Positions 1 through 14,020 of a stretch of DNA of 64,000 bases are shown here, in pieces. This stretch comes from Bugula neritina. Taxonomy: Eukaryota > Animalia > Bryozoa. A model generated the notes under the pieces. That model saw nothing but the letters and a program-made list of their open reading frames with translations. It had not been told where the DNA came from and ran no database searches. The position numbers and the translations under genes are program-made. Location of the stretch: NCBI GenBank assembly GCA_964035545.1, contig OZ037766.1, forward strand, positions 6,128,722 through 6,192,721, in the 5' to 3' direction. Position 1 is the first letter of the stretch; each line of letters opens with the position of its first letter.

Positions 1-1853
<1,853 letters not shown>

Positions 1854-2538
1854 TGAGATCATTTCTTATATGGCAGCTAACAAATTATTTTTAATGAGAA
1901 AGCGTAACATATACCATTATAATATATTGATCTATTTTTTTGTTTTTTTCTTGGTGTTGGATATCAAATTTGCCGAATCTCTGAGGTGTATATTTTAACA
2001 TTGCATATCACACAATAGTCGAGAATAGCCATATAAACCAAATGCTGTTATAAAAGACAGTTATGATGGTTTAGTGCAAAGGAATAGAATCAATAGACAT
2101 TTCTATGGAAATTGTAAAAAATATTACTTTTTTTCACTTCTGGACCATTTATGTACTTTAAAACTGAAGCAAAAGTTGCCGTGCTAAGGTTGAATTTTTT
2201 ATGCAGTGTGCTGCGGCCTTCATGCTTGCCCATTTGATAAAATACATAGAAAGATGATGAATTAGAGTAGCTATTGGGTACATTATGACTTTTATATAAA
2301 AATATATGCTTCAAATACAACAGGTCTTTATAAACTGACTACTAGATTCAGCTAAAGTCAAAGAGTACTAAAGATACTAAAAGCTAAGCTGATGTCAACC
2401 CTGCAACTAACAGCATACAATAAATAGAAAATGGCACTCAGCACACAATTTCAGATGAGTTTAAAATAGAAAAAAAGATCAACAGTGAATGGAAGGATTA
2501 AGTTCTGGCATGAAGAGATCAGACTGCGGCTGATCCGG

Positions 2539-5500
2539 TTATGCGGGTTTCACTTGTAGGCGGATGCTTTGTTGATTGTCCAAACATTCTCTCAGCTTAT
2601 CTTCTGTCATCGTGAGTCTCTGCTCCAGTATAGAGACTGTCTGCAAAAATATAAATTATCTAGCTACTTTTTCTAATGAAAAATTTGTTAAATTATACAT
2701 CATATTAGCTCAAAAAGAATTAAATTGTATAGAAGACTGAGTAATATAAGGTTCTAAAGCAGAAAAGCCCTCTAGAAAGGAATGTGGCTTGAACAGAATA
2801 TTTCTCTATAGCTTTGATACTGTATAAAAATAGCATAGCTAGGTAAAAGTTCCCATCAGCTAGGTTTTTCCACAAAGAATGAAGCTAGCCAATTCATTGT
2901 AATGTAATTATCTCACAAGAGTGTACTATGGAAATAGGTATATAAAATTATACATTACTCTGTAATTTGAAAATATACAACTCGTGTTGTATGGAAAATC
3001 CTATTATAATGAAGCACTTAATGTAATGTCCTCAACTTAGTTCATCAAGTCAAGTACCAGTGTTACGTCAAGTACATGCGTTACAATATGGAGTACCTGT
3101 GTTATGTCAAGTACCTGTGTTATGATGTCAAGTACCTGTGTTATGATGTCAAGCTGTCCAACTATATGCTCGAGTGTTGCTGTCAGCTGATAAGGTATAT
3201 TCTGTGGCTCAGTTGGTTGTTTGAGTGGAGGAGACAGATCAGGTGTGCCAGTCTCTCCACGTCTAGCCCGGTCAGCGGAGGTCAGCTCAAGGTCACTAAG
3301 GGACGGTTGGTTAGGCACCCCATTGACTAATCTAGATGCACTTTGGACTCTAGGTGAGGAGTCACAATAGTCTCCAGCACCAGCAAACCTCTGTGATGAA
3401 GCAGAAGGCTACAGAATATTATAAGAGTTATCATCTCCTGTGACCCTTCAGATATGTAGATACACTAATTGCTAGGCATATGATTTCAGGCACACATTAA
3501 AATATGAACAAATCATGGCGATACTGGAGTCTAAACCTACACAGTGCCAACTCACTTAGCAGTTGGTCCACTAGACTACTGACTACCTTCAAACAAAGGC
3601 TGGATATAGAGCTATCTACACAGAACACCCATTAGCCTATACAATCTAATAGCCAGCTTTAGCTGTAATTGCATTCCACAAGCTACTACAGTTAGCACTG
3701 ATTCCACTAAAATATATGCTCTACACTGTTATACTTAGGACTTGTGTTTTAGTAAATTAAAGATCTACAACTCAAAGTAATAATCCTTGCATACAATGCT
3801 CACCTTTGGCCTAGAAAACAAAGAGGGGCCAACTTCCACCACACCTGGGTTATCATCCGTCATACTTCGCACCTGAGAATGGGCGTTTACCTAAAACAGT
3901 AGTGATGACTATTATTTAGCATGAGGTTTATTAATACCAACATTGTTATTTGAATGAAAATTTGCACTAATCTTGCTCTATATAAATTCATTTAGAAAAT
4001 TAACTGGTTTATTACAAGTAAAAGCCAACTAAAATAAAATTTTGTAACTTTATACATTTTAAACTAGTAAACACTACATAGCCAATATCTTGGAATAAGG
4101 ATAGATAACTCCATACCTTGACTGGACTAGACCTGGGCTCTGGACAGGTAGACAGTCTGGCTGATCTGGGTTCACTGGAAACTTTGTGAGCTTTCAGCAC
4201 TGCACTATAGTCTGTCTTGTCAAAGTTGGTCTTCCACACTAAACACTACAACACAGCGACATGCTGGACCAGCTGCACATTGCCACTAACAAAATTCACT
4301 TCATTCAACTGAACTAGTAATAAGTCACATCTATGTAAAGAAATGCACTCCACGCATTACATAGTAAATCATATTCACAGAGCAGCTACCTTCTCATCAG
4401 CTCCTCCAGTTGCAAAGTATTCGCCATTCCTTGAGAAGTTTGTCGCGGTGACCGAACCCTAAAAGTGTACACAGTTGAGTCACAGATTGTTCATATTCAA
4501 ACATTCAGTTATTACTACAATTTTAACTATAATAACTTCTAGTATAAATACATTTCTTAATATGAATACTCATACTGTCACTACAAGCGTTACAAGCTAC
4601 TTCAAACAGCCACTAGCAACTATCCCTACCAGAGCTCACTGTGCTTTATGCCACTGCAACATGCTTTATCAGAAGTAAATTAAAATTTGCTAGCTGCGCT
4701 AAGAAAGTTACCTTTACACATGTTACAGTATTACTAAGGCTCACGAACCTGGTGGCCATGCAAGGTATAGAAGAGTCGACCTTCTAGAAGATCAAACACT
4801 TTAATGGTGTTGTCATCTGACGCAGATATAAGAAAATTTCCAGAAGAATGAAACGCTACATCATTGACTGGAGCATTGTGGGCTACAAAAGATGCAACTT
4901 CGTCTCAAAATATTCTTAGCTGTATTTGAAATACATCAGATATATAATTAATTTGTACTGTTTTACATAATTTAGAAGATGGTTTGAAAGAAAATCAGAG
5001 AAGTGAAACGGAAATGAGAATAATTTGTGTTTCAACCATGTAATCAAAATGGATGAAATGTTTATGGTGACAGGAAACTGGCCAACTACTTCAACCAGAT
5101 CACCATCTGCTAGCACAAAGATACAGCTCCAGCTGGAGCATGCAGTACTCATTCATAAGATACTCTCTCTAACTGTCTAATGGAATGGAGACAGGCAAGG
5201 AAACACCTTTAATAGGCTAGAAGAATCACCTGTATAGTGTTGCAGCAATTTGTTGACTCGAATATCCCACACTTTGACTGTATTATCAGTGCTGCCGGCT
5301 GCCAGACACGTGCCACTAGGATGCCAGGCAACTTTATTCACATGTCTACAACACGACTACACCATTTATCCTTTCAATTAACAATAGAAAATTAATTTAT
5401 TTTTATTCTCTATCATTGCATTTAACAATATTATAAGAGAAATTAGAATGAGCCTAGAGCTGTCAGCATTCTACTAATGCCTAGCTACATCATAAGCTGA

Positions 5501-7190
5501 CTAGAGACATACCCCGCTGCCTCAAAGAAGGTGTGAACACACTCCTTGCTGTTCCTGTCCCACACCTTCACAGTTTTATCATCTGAACCAGAAACAAGAA
5601 GCCTGGAGTCTGGGGAGAATCTGGCTGAGCGCACCCAGTTCATGTGTTCATTCAGAGAAAACTGGAACTTCTGTCTGTGAGTGGACCAGACCTAGACAAT
5701 AACAAACCCATGGCTTAGAGAATACACAAACAGATGTCTTGCTTGAAAAACTTAGTCTGAAACATAAGAGAAGTTGACGTCATTGTCACTAATCCCACTA
5801 GTAATAAAAATGGAGAGCTGAATAGCTGAGTAACAAGCTAGATATCGTCTACATCAGACGGTGTATGTTTGCAGATTCACCTTAATAGTTTTATCATCAG
5901 ATGCTGTAGCCATGAACTGTCCATCGCAAGAGAAGTCCACACTCCTAACTGTAGCTGTGTGGGCCTTGAAAACCGTAGACTCTCCCTTACTGTAAACCAA
6001 ACAGCAATAAAACTGAGGCTTAGAATGTCCTCACACAGCGACACATGAGTTTTATAAGCTTGCTACATTTCCAACAATCAACAAGGAATACTTAGCAACA
6101 AACCGCATTCTCATTTCTAAAACCTAAACATGGTTACAGATTAATTCAACTTGGTGCACATCTCTTTTGAGATGGCTGATACAGTAAATAATTATATTCT
6201 GCTAATCATGATTTACTGTATTGAGAAAAAATATTAAATTAGATGACTTTTAGTGATGATAAAATAAAAAAACATACATTCACATGACACTTGCTTGCTT
6301 GAGGCTAGTAAAACTGGCATTAGGAAAAATAAATGCAACTAACTCACACGCTGGGTATCCACAGCCGAACAGTTTTATCTCTAGAACAAGAAGCTACCAG
6401 ATGTCCAGATGGTGAAAATCGAACGTCTGTTACAGCATCCTGCAAATGTATCTTTGGTAAAGGCGTTGAGTAAACAATTCTACAGCTTACATGTTTTGAT
6501 TGCAAATATACAAGTGCCTCTTCTCTAAGATTATTGTGAGTGACTTAATATATGCACACACGAGCGCACATACACACGTGCACACACACATACACGAAAG
6601 CAAACAACTACAATAATTAAAACAAAAAGTGAAACAAAAATTGAAACACAAAACAAACCTTGTGTCCAACAAATCGGTAAGCTCTGGTCTGTGGTTTGAA
6701 GTTCCAGATCATGAGACATGAATCCATGGATCCAGAAGCTAAATGCAGAGCACAAGTAAAGTTATTATCATAGTTTTGTAGAGCTTAACAAAAACCGGTA
6801 TGACGCGTGGTCATTGGAGATACAAGTAGCTACTATAATAACATAAATAAAAGAGTAAATTAGTCAAATATTTTTGGTCCAATTATATTATTATGCATAA
6901 CATTATACAGTTACAGTGATAAAATTTGTAAGTTTCGCATCAAAATTAGTTACTGCCCATATAATTACGTACCAAGTTGTTTCATATTGGGATTGAAATC
7001 CAAACTTGTTATTGTATCTCTGTGACCTTTGAAATTCCTTTCAAGAGTAGGGTCTTCCTGCATAACAAATATTCTAATGATCCATAAGCTATTATTTGTT
7101 ATTGAGAAAAAAGGGCAAAGATAATTTTATTTGATGCTTAAAAATCATAATGTTCGGATAAGTTAAAATACTTACTAAATTGGTCGTCAT
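2539..7190 (-). CDS. POC1: POC1 centriolar protein (WD40 propeller + C-terminal Poc1 coiled coil), ~489 aa, 13 coding exons
   Basis: Exons 7176-7190, 6973-7057, 6659-6738, 6348-6439, 5881-5989, 5513-5691, 5230-5345, 4749-4882, 4390-4458, 4117-4245, 3804-3890, 3136-3408, 2539-2640 give [19 protein letters not shown]...[36 protein letters not shown]...[37 protein letters not shown]; 1470 nt, all GT-AG. Confidence 0.96.
3050..3153 (-). repeat. 18-21-bp tandem repeat (CTTGACATCATAACACAGGTA) spanning the POC1 exon 12 donor
   Basis: Three near-perfect and two to three degenerate copies of exon end + GTA. Confidence 0.9.
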
Positions 7191-8222
7191 CTTTGCTTTA
7201 TATTTCCACCTGCGATATGCACAGAAAATTGTTTTACTGAAAATATAACAAACAAAAGAAATTAGAATATATATATAAAAAAATATCTAATTGATGTATT
7301 TGCTTGATTTAATAACAAAATTGCAAATAAAATCATTTTCACAGATACTAAATAAATGCTTAAAGACTCCAATTCAAAAAAGTAAAACATTTTTCGGTGG
7401 ATACAACAGGAATAATATTAAGTCAACAATACTGAAGTGCAATAAATACTGTTAATACTTGAGTTTTTAGCTTTGATTAATTAATACTTGCAGCACTTGG
7501 TATTTTAACTACTAAATGTGACAGTACTAGTAACAATAACATAACATATTTTAATTGAAATATTCAATATCATTATATAATTACAGCAGTATTTATGATC
7601 ATTTATTATAGTTGGTTGTAAATACTATAAATTAGTTTGGATAACAAACAGTCAGTTTAATATCAACATTTAGTTCTACTTAATACTGAATGTGACATTT
7701 AATTTAATATTGAGTGCATGATTTGTGTCATGATATTCTCATTCTAACTTTAGCAATAATAATCGTAATTATAATGTCATTCATACTGATACTTTGATAT
7801 GAAAATTAGTTGACAATATTAACCTGCTTGTTGTGAAAAGATCATTATTATCACTGGAATTGTAATTTAAATTTTTATATTTCTATATTTTAATCCCTTA
7901 TGTTGATCATTGATAATAATAGTAACTAAATTATTATAATCATGACGTAGAACCAAAATTTCTAGTTGAATCTAAACTTTACTTTGATGTTTGTGCTGGT
8001 CAGCGAGAATTCTTTATTTTCATTCCTAATTTTATCAAAACAATTTATCAATTATCAATAGGAATATGAACATGAATCATCATTATGATTACAAATAAAG
8101 GTATTTTTATTATTATAAACATGAACATGAAATTCAATTATCAACATAATTATATTTAAAATTAATTTTCAAAAGATCACTATCAGTATTGAGTTATATT
8201 CAGTTATCATCATAACAACTAT

Positions 8223-8436
8223 TGGAATGTAATGCGGTTTATAGTCTTTAGCAGATAACCTACAAGCTAACCTGAGGCGATTGGCTAACTGCCTTACAAG
8301 CATTCGGATTCCCTACCGGATTTCCTACCAGCTTGTACGGCTTGGATATTGGCTATTGCGAGAGTGAAAGTAAAAGTAAAGACTGCACGAGGGAACTCTT
8401 ACGCAGACTGTCGAGTAAGTAGGACCTTACATTTCA
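8223..8436 (+). repeat. 5' LTR (214 bp)
   Basis: Direct repeat of 14021-14234 with 8 mismatches by eye; TGGAATGTAA...TTACATTTCA. Confidence 0.95.
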
Positions 8437-8455
8437 TGGCGCAGTCGGCAGGATT
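8437..8455 (+). other. Primer-binding site complementary to the 3' end of tRNA-Ser
   Basis: TGGCGCAGTCGGCAGGATT = reverse complement of AATCCTGCCGACTGCG-CCA, a metazoan tRNA-Ser type 3' end; directly abuts the LTR. Confidence 0.85.
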
Positions 8456-8466
8456 GTAGACAGTCA

Positions 8467-8612
8467 ACAGTGGAGAAGGAGTGAATAGTGGAGAAGAAAT
8501 AAAGAGTGGAGCAGAATCAAATAGTGGAGTTTGGAGAAGAATCAAATAGTGGAGAAGAGTGAATAGTGGAGCAGAATCAAATAATAAAGGGGAGACAAAC
8601 AGTGGTCGTGGA
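8467..8612 (+). repeat. Purine-rich ~18-bp tandem repeats (AGTGGAGMAGAATCAAAT-like) in the element leader
   Basis: About 7 units beginning AGTGGAG. Confidence 0.8.
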
Positions 8613-8652
8613 GAGTAACTATAAAAGCTTATTAAGTTATTTGAGATACATT

Positions 8653-11600
8653 TGTGACCAGTCGCGACAAAACCGGGGATGTGGCGGCGTTTATAAAGTG
8701 TAGTAAATGAAGGTTTAATTTGGAAATACTTAAATTTAAAATTAATTTCCAGTTTTTAGATTTTGAATTTTTCTAATACAAAAAAGTCCAAGGATTTCAA
8801 AAATCACACTTTCGTAAGCATTTGATGATTCCTTCAGCTCTAAAATTGCATTTAAAGTTGGTAACTAAGGCATTCAATTTTTTAAATGATGAAAAAATTG
8901 CGAAGTTATCAAGTAAAGAAAGAAGACAATTTTAGTCATTTTCATAGTTCGAGATTCTGCAGATTTATTTTTTATCAAATGGATTTAGCTTACACCTCTT
9001 TCTTCGCATTGTCAGAAGCATCGTATTTAAAATCGAAGGCTAGTTTTAGTTTTTCGTCGTGCTCCATCCAAAGTTAGCTTTTAAGTTACTGAGAGGTTTT
9101 GCCCTTTGGTGATAAATGCTAAACTTAATCTTTATCTTTAGCGTTCAAGCTTGAAAATCACAACAATACAGGTAATTATACTCAAAACCATCATTTACGC
9201 TACTAACTTAGAATTGTTGCCAGGATTATTTGTAGTTATCTTTTTATTAATATCCATACTGATACTGATAATATCACTAGGAGTATGTCTATTCTATACT
9301 AATAGTAATAACTATTTAAATGACTCTCACTATGACTCACAGTTTGAGGTACGGTTACTCATAATGATAATCATTCATGATTTACTGATACTGGTATTTG
9401 GCAGTAAAACCAAATGTAGCTCATTAATATTAATAGTATAACTTAAGTAATGATTAATAATTAAATTCACTATTTGAGTCTGACTCTGAGTTTCGCCTTA
9501 CTTACTTGACTTACTTGAAGATGCAATCACGTTAGACCACTAGATTAGCGTAAGCACTTGATACTCATACTGATAGTATTATATTTATTAATTTATTCTA
9601 TAGTTGATATTTAAATTTACATTGGAATTACTCTTAGTCTTAGTAACTTTTAGCCTCTGTCTTAGATTTTGTCAATACAGTTACTGATTACTATTACTAT
9701 TAACATTAGGCCTACCAGTCAAACTACCGGTTTCTTTTGTGATTTTTAAATTAGCTCAAAGTTTGATTTGAAATATAATGATAAAATCTTTATCACATTA
9801 TGCAGGCTTACAGTTACTGTCAAAACTCAATTGATAATCCTATTTATATTGATAAAAGCATCACCTATAACCAAAATTAAATGGTAAATGTGATTAAATG
9901 TAAATGAGTATAATGATGAAATATTAATGCGAGTTCATGGTGATTCTATAGTTGACTGACTTAGTTCTTCAGTAAGTTACTTTTAGTCTTATTTAGTGAG
10001 TAGTAACACTAACTGAATGCATAAATAGTCTAAGCTTTTTAATTTTATTATAAAGGATGAGCAAAAATTTATTCATATTTTAAAATAATTTATTGAATTC
10101 AAATCGATTTTATAGTAAATGTCTGTAATAGATTCAGTTGCACTTAGCTAGCTTTTTTACTCAATTAAATGCTTGAGTGGTTAATATAGTTATCGAAAGA
10201 CATTGCTTCAAAGTTGCCAATTGCAGATATGCTAGATATTCAAGTGCATAATGTGTAATTTTACTGATAATACTGTGTTAATGTAGAATAATCCGATATT
10301 CTGTACATTTTAGAAAGTGGACTTATGAGAGCATTAGAGTGAAGACTTATACCTACACAACTCTACTACCTATCAATCTAACACTTCTAATGTAGACACT
10401 CTGAATTTTGGCTTGCAAGGTTATGGCTTCTGCTTATTTCATTCATAAAAAGGTTTGCAGTCTTTTAATGATGTGCTTGAAAATTTTCAACAAATTTTTT
10501 AATTTAAATTGTTCTGTTTAATTCAATAAATTTAAATGTTGATAAAATGCAGGATGACAATTAACTGCTGCTATAGTAGTACCACAAGAGTGTTTAACCA
10601 ACTAAATTTTTATAATATAACTGCGTATAGTTTCTAATCAAACTACTGTTTTCTTTTGTTATTTAAAAAAGTCAACATTATACTTGCAGCTCTGGAATAG
10701 ACAATAGATAGGTAGATTGGCAGGATGGATGTCAAGTAACAGCATCTATAATTGCTAGAAAATCAGCTGATGATAGTGATGAAGCTTTTGCCACATACAT
10801 GATGTTATGTGTCCATACTCCGTAAACTCATATTATGAAGACCAAGGAAGTAGAAAGATGAAAAGTGCCTTTTTTGCAAAAACCGTAGAAGCTACCTAAT
10901 TTACTTTTCTTGATTAGAGTTAATTCAAGCATAATGATTGTATCCAGGCTGGATTTTTTTACTGCATTTAATTAGTTTTTTAAAATAATGTATTTGATTT
11001 TTTAAATGTGAATATTAATGCCTAATAAAACTCAAACGTTCTAATAGCTAATTTTATGTTTATATTTTCAACATCAATTGCTAAATTTAGTTGCCGTTAG
11101 AGATTATAAAGATATTTATGAATGAATCTCGAATGATCTCATAATAGTCAAATAATTTTCTCATAAGTGTTCTACTCATTAAGCAATAACTATGAAACAG
11201 CACAGCTCAATAGCTGCAGTTTGATATATTACACAATATATTAGAGGAGAGGAAGGTATTCAATGTATAACAGGAAGCAGCTGCCATTTTGTTTTATATG
11301 ACTTCCTGCTGACTTGGATGCCTAATTTAAATATCTCAACACACAAACTTGCTGAAACATCCTCTTCTTTGCTGGAATTGTTAAACCTTTCAATCATTAA
11401 ACAAAGTAAAAAGCAAATTGACAAATAAATTAGACAAAAAGTTTGGCGGCCATATTTGACCTAATTTTATGTTGAGGCAGCATGAAATTTAGTTTAACAG
11501 AAAGCCCAAACTTTCACAATTATTTCGGTACCAAATTTGTCACCATTCCTATTATACAAAGACCCGTTGCTAAGGCTTGTAAATTGTAAACAAATAATTC

Positions 11601-11827
11601 TCAACTTATTCTAGAGTTGCCAACTTTAAATGCGATTTTCTCGAAACAGTAATTTAGAAATTCTAAAAACGTTAAAGTTTTTAAATACTAATATCTCGAG
11701 TTCTATTTATGCTAGAGACTTCAAATAAAGTGCAAAATGTTTGAAAAAGTCTGCTCTATCACTTTATAGTAATAACTAGGTTTTCAACATTTTATATACA
11801 TCTCTTGTTTTGTGGTGCCAGGTCACA
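8653..11827. mobile_element. Nested non-coding DNA-transposon-like insertion with ~30-bp imperfect TIRs
   Basis: Left end TGTGACCAGTCGCGACAAAACCGGGGATGT vs reverse complement of right end TGTGACCTGGCACCACAAAACAAGAGATGT (23/30); ACATTTGTG at both junctions; GTGGAG-rich leader resumes right after 11827. Confidence 0.65.
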
Positions 11828-12056
11828 TTTGTGGAGTTTAGTTTGTGTTATCAGTAGAGTAAGAGTAAGACTAAGAGTTAGTGGAGTGACAGTGAAATAT
11901 TAATATTATTATTTATAATTCGGTTAGAGTATTAGATTTGATAAATTCAAATTTAATATTAGGTTTAAGGATTAACAGGGTTATTAGTATAATTAAGCTT
12001 TCTGGTAGTGATAAATAAAATTTTAAATTTTATATCACGCTCACATTCAGATCATA

Positions 12057-13535
12057 ATGGCAACTAACACTAGGTTCACCGACCTCAATCGGTTTCCTAA
12101 GTTAGTTTTGAGCTCCGATAATCAGAGTGATTGTTTTAAGAAATGGTTGGTAAAATACAACCTGTCAGTTCGATTAGCAACCCTTGAAATGGGTACTGAA
12201 ATGCTGTCCAATATTGCAGTAAATAGATTTAGAGGTGAAGCTAAGTTTCTAGCTTTGCTCAATGCCATTGGAGATGAGGGTATTGATGTGTTACAATCTT
12301 CAGGATTTGATCTTGAATGGAATGATGATAATGCTCATAATGATGCTTTAAATTTGTTGAAAGGTCACTATGAGAAAACAGAAAATGTTCATGTGGCTTG
12401 GGTTAAGGCAGCAAATTTGTCTCAAACATGCGGCGAAGATGAGTTAGAGTATTTGCTACGTGGCGAGAAACATAGTAGAAATTTAGGATTTGTTGAAGGG
12501 GCTAATGTGGAAGACCTTAGACAAAGGTTTGCTATTAGTATGGCAGTAGTTGGTTTAAGAGATGAATATCTTAGAAGACAACTTATGCTTAATGAAAATA
12601 TCACTTGGAAAGCGTTGTCTGATATTTTGAAGACTAGGAATATTGCTAGAGAATCTGCTGCAATGGTTTCTGAGGTTAGATCTAGTAGTTCTAATTTGAA
12701 TAATAACTTTGCTAACATAGCTGAAGTTAGAACTAAGTCTGATAGAGTAACGGACAGAAGGTCATCTTACTATGATAATGATAGACATAAAGGTAGATAT
12801 AGTTCTAGAGATAGTAGTCGAGATTATTCTCGCCACAAGTCTCCAGACTATAGGAGTAGACATAGAGCTAGCAGTAATAGTAGTAGTAGCAGTTCAGACA
12901 GTTTATGTTATGTTTGTCATAAACCTGAGCATGTTGCTAGGAATTGTCTGAAAATAAGATGTTATGCATGTGGAAAACATGCCCACATAGCAAGAGACTG
13001 TAGAATGCGTAGGTCTTACAAGGACAAAGATTACTCTAGTAGAAGTAACTATAGAAGTCAAAGGAGTAGTAGCTCAGATAGAGAATGGTCAGTGGATAGT
13101 AACGATAGTTCTTCCTGGAGATCACCTAGAACTAGAGCTGTCAGCTCTAGTAAGGTTAGATTTATTGATAGTGAACCATACGATAGAGCTGAAACATGGA
13201 AACAGAATCTTAGTGTTAATGATAGAAATATTGAGTTTGTTTTAGATACTGGTGCAGATGTGTCTACAATTACTGAAGACACAAGTAAAACATTAGCACT
13301 TAAGCTTCACGAAAGTGATCGAGTTTTGAAAAGTGCCGACAACTCCCAGCTCTCAGTGTTAGGCAAAGCTGAGGTTGTTTTAAGAAGCAAGTTTAAGAAA
13401 ACAGTAACTAACCTGTATGTTATTAAAGGTTCTAAGTCTAATATACTAGGTTTGACGGAATTGAAGAACCATAGTCTGTTAACTGTAGTTAGCACTGAGG
13501 CTCAGTTGGTCTCTTGGAGAAATACATTGAAGTAG
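12057..13535 (+). CDS. gag: Gag-protease polyprotein (492 aa): capsid-like region, RS-rich tracts, two CCHC zinc knuckles, retropepsin
   Basis: CYVCHKPEHVARNC and CYACGKHAHIARDC (CX2CX4HX4C); FVLDTGADVSTI and NILG aspartic-protease motifs; uninterrupted ORF inside the LTRs. Confidence 0.92.
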   Translation: MATNTRFTDLNRFPKLVLSSDNQSDCFKKWLVKYNLSVRLATLEMGTEMLSNIAVNRFRGEAKFLALLNAIGDEGIDVLQSSGFDLEWNDDNAHNDALNLLKGHYEKTENVHVAWVKAANLSQTCGEDELEYLLRGEKHSRNLGFVEGANVEDLRQRFAISMAVVGLRDEYLRRQLMLNENITWKALSDILKTRNIARESAAMVSEVRSSSSNLNNNFANIAEVRTKSDRVTDRRSSYYDNDRHKGRYSSRDSSRDYSRHKSPDYRSRHRASSNSSSSSSDSLCYVCHKPEHVARNCLKIRCYACGKHAHIARDCRMRRSYKDKDYSSRSNYRSQRSSSSDREWSVDSNDSSSWRSPRTRAVSSSKVRFIDSEPYDRAETWKQNLSVNDRNIEFVLDTGADVSTITEDTSKTLALKLHESDRVLKSADNSQLSVLGKAEVVLRSKFKKTVTNLYVIKGSKSNILGLTELKNHSLLTVVSTEAQLVSWRNTLK

Positions 13536-13625
13536 CAGTAGTGACTTCTAGCACTTAGTTATAGCTAGGGAAATTACCAGTGGGCGACCTAGGTCAAACA
13601 CCTGGTAAAGCGGATGCACGGAAGT

Positions 13626-13781
13626 CCACCTTGGTGGCATGGTATTAGCCCACCCTGGGGGTGCTAAGGATGATCACTTCGGTGATCAAGTTCACGACCA
13701 CTCTGGTGGTCAGGTTATTGTCCACTCCGGTGGTTAGACTAAAGTCCACTTTGGTGGCAATTTTGGGAACCACTTTGGTGG
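13626..13781 (+). repeat. Array of seven 12-nt palindromic cores (CCAC-YYYG-GTGG) at exact 24-nt period with variable 12-nt spacers
   Basis: Cores start at 13626, 13650, 13674, 13698, 13722, 13746, 13770. Confidence 0.9.
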
Positions 13782-13872
13782 TAAACCAGACTGTGTACTG
13801 TACATAGAGGTTGGTATTTTGTGTTATCAGGCTGATTGGTATTTTGGTGTTACTGCTCAGCCCAACAAACCA

Positions 13873-14020
13873 CTCAGTTCCATGTGTTACTTTATACTGC
13901 TAAATTCCTCAAAGGGGAGCATGGAATATTATGTACTCAATTCCATGTTTTGCTTTCTATTAAATCCCCAAAAGGGGAGCATGGAATATTAAGTGGTTCA
14001 TCTCTATAAAAGGGAGGGCA
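13873..14020 (+). repeat. ~60-bp tandem duplication of PPT + LTR start, then the functional PPT
   Basis: AAAGGGGAGCATGGAATATT at 13911-13930 and 13971-13990; AAAAGGGAGGGCA|TGGAATATAA at 14008-14030. Confidence 0.85.

Noticed and set aside
8886-9441. Short ORFs inside the nested insertion
   Set aside because: Low-complexity AT-rich translations without transposase or recombinase motifs.
13626-13781. Calling the 24-nt array a true CRISPR
   Set aside because: Eukaryotic retroelement context, 12-nt repeats/spacers far too short, no cas genes; kept as a structural array.
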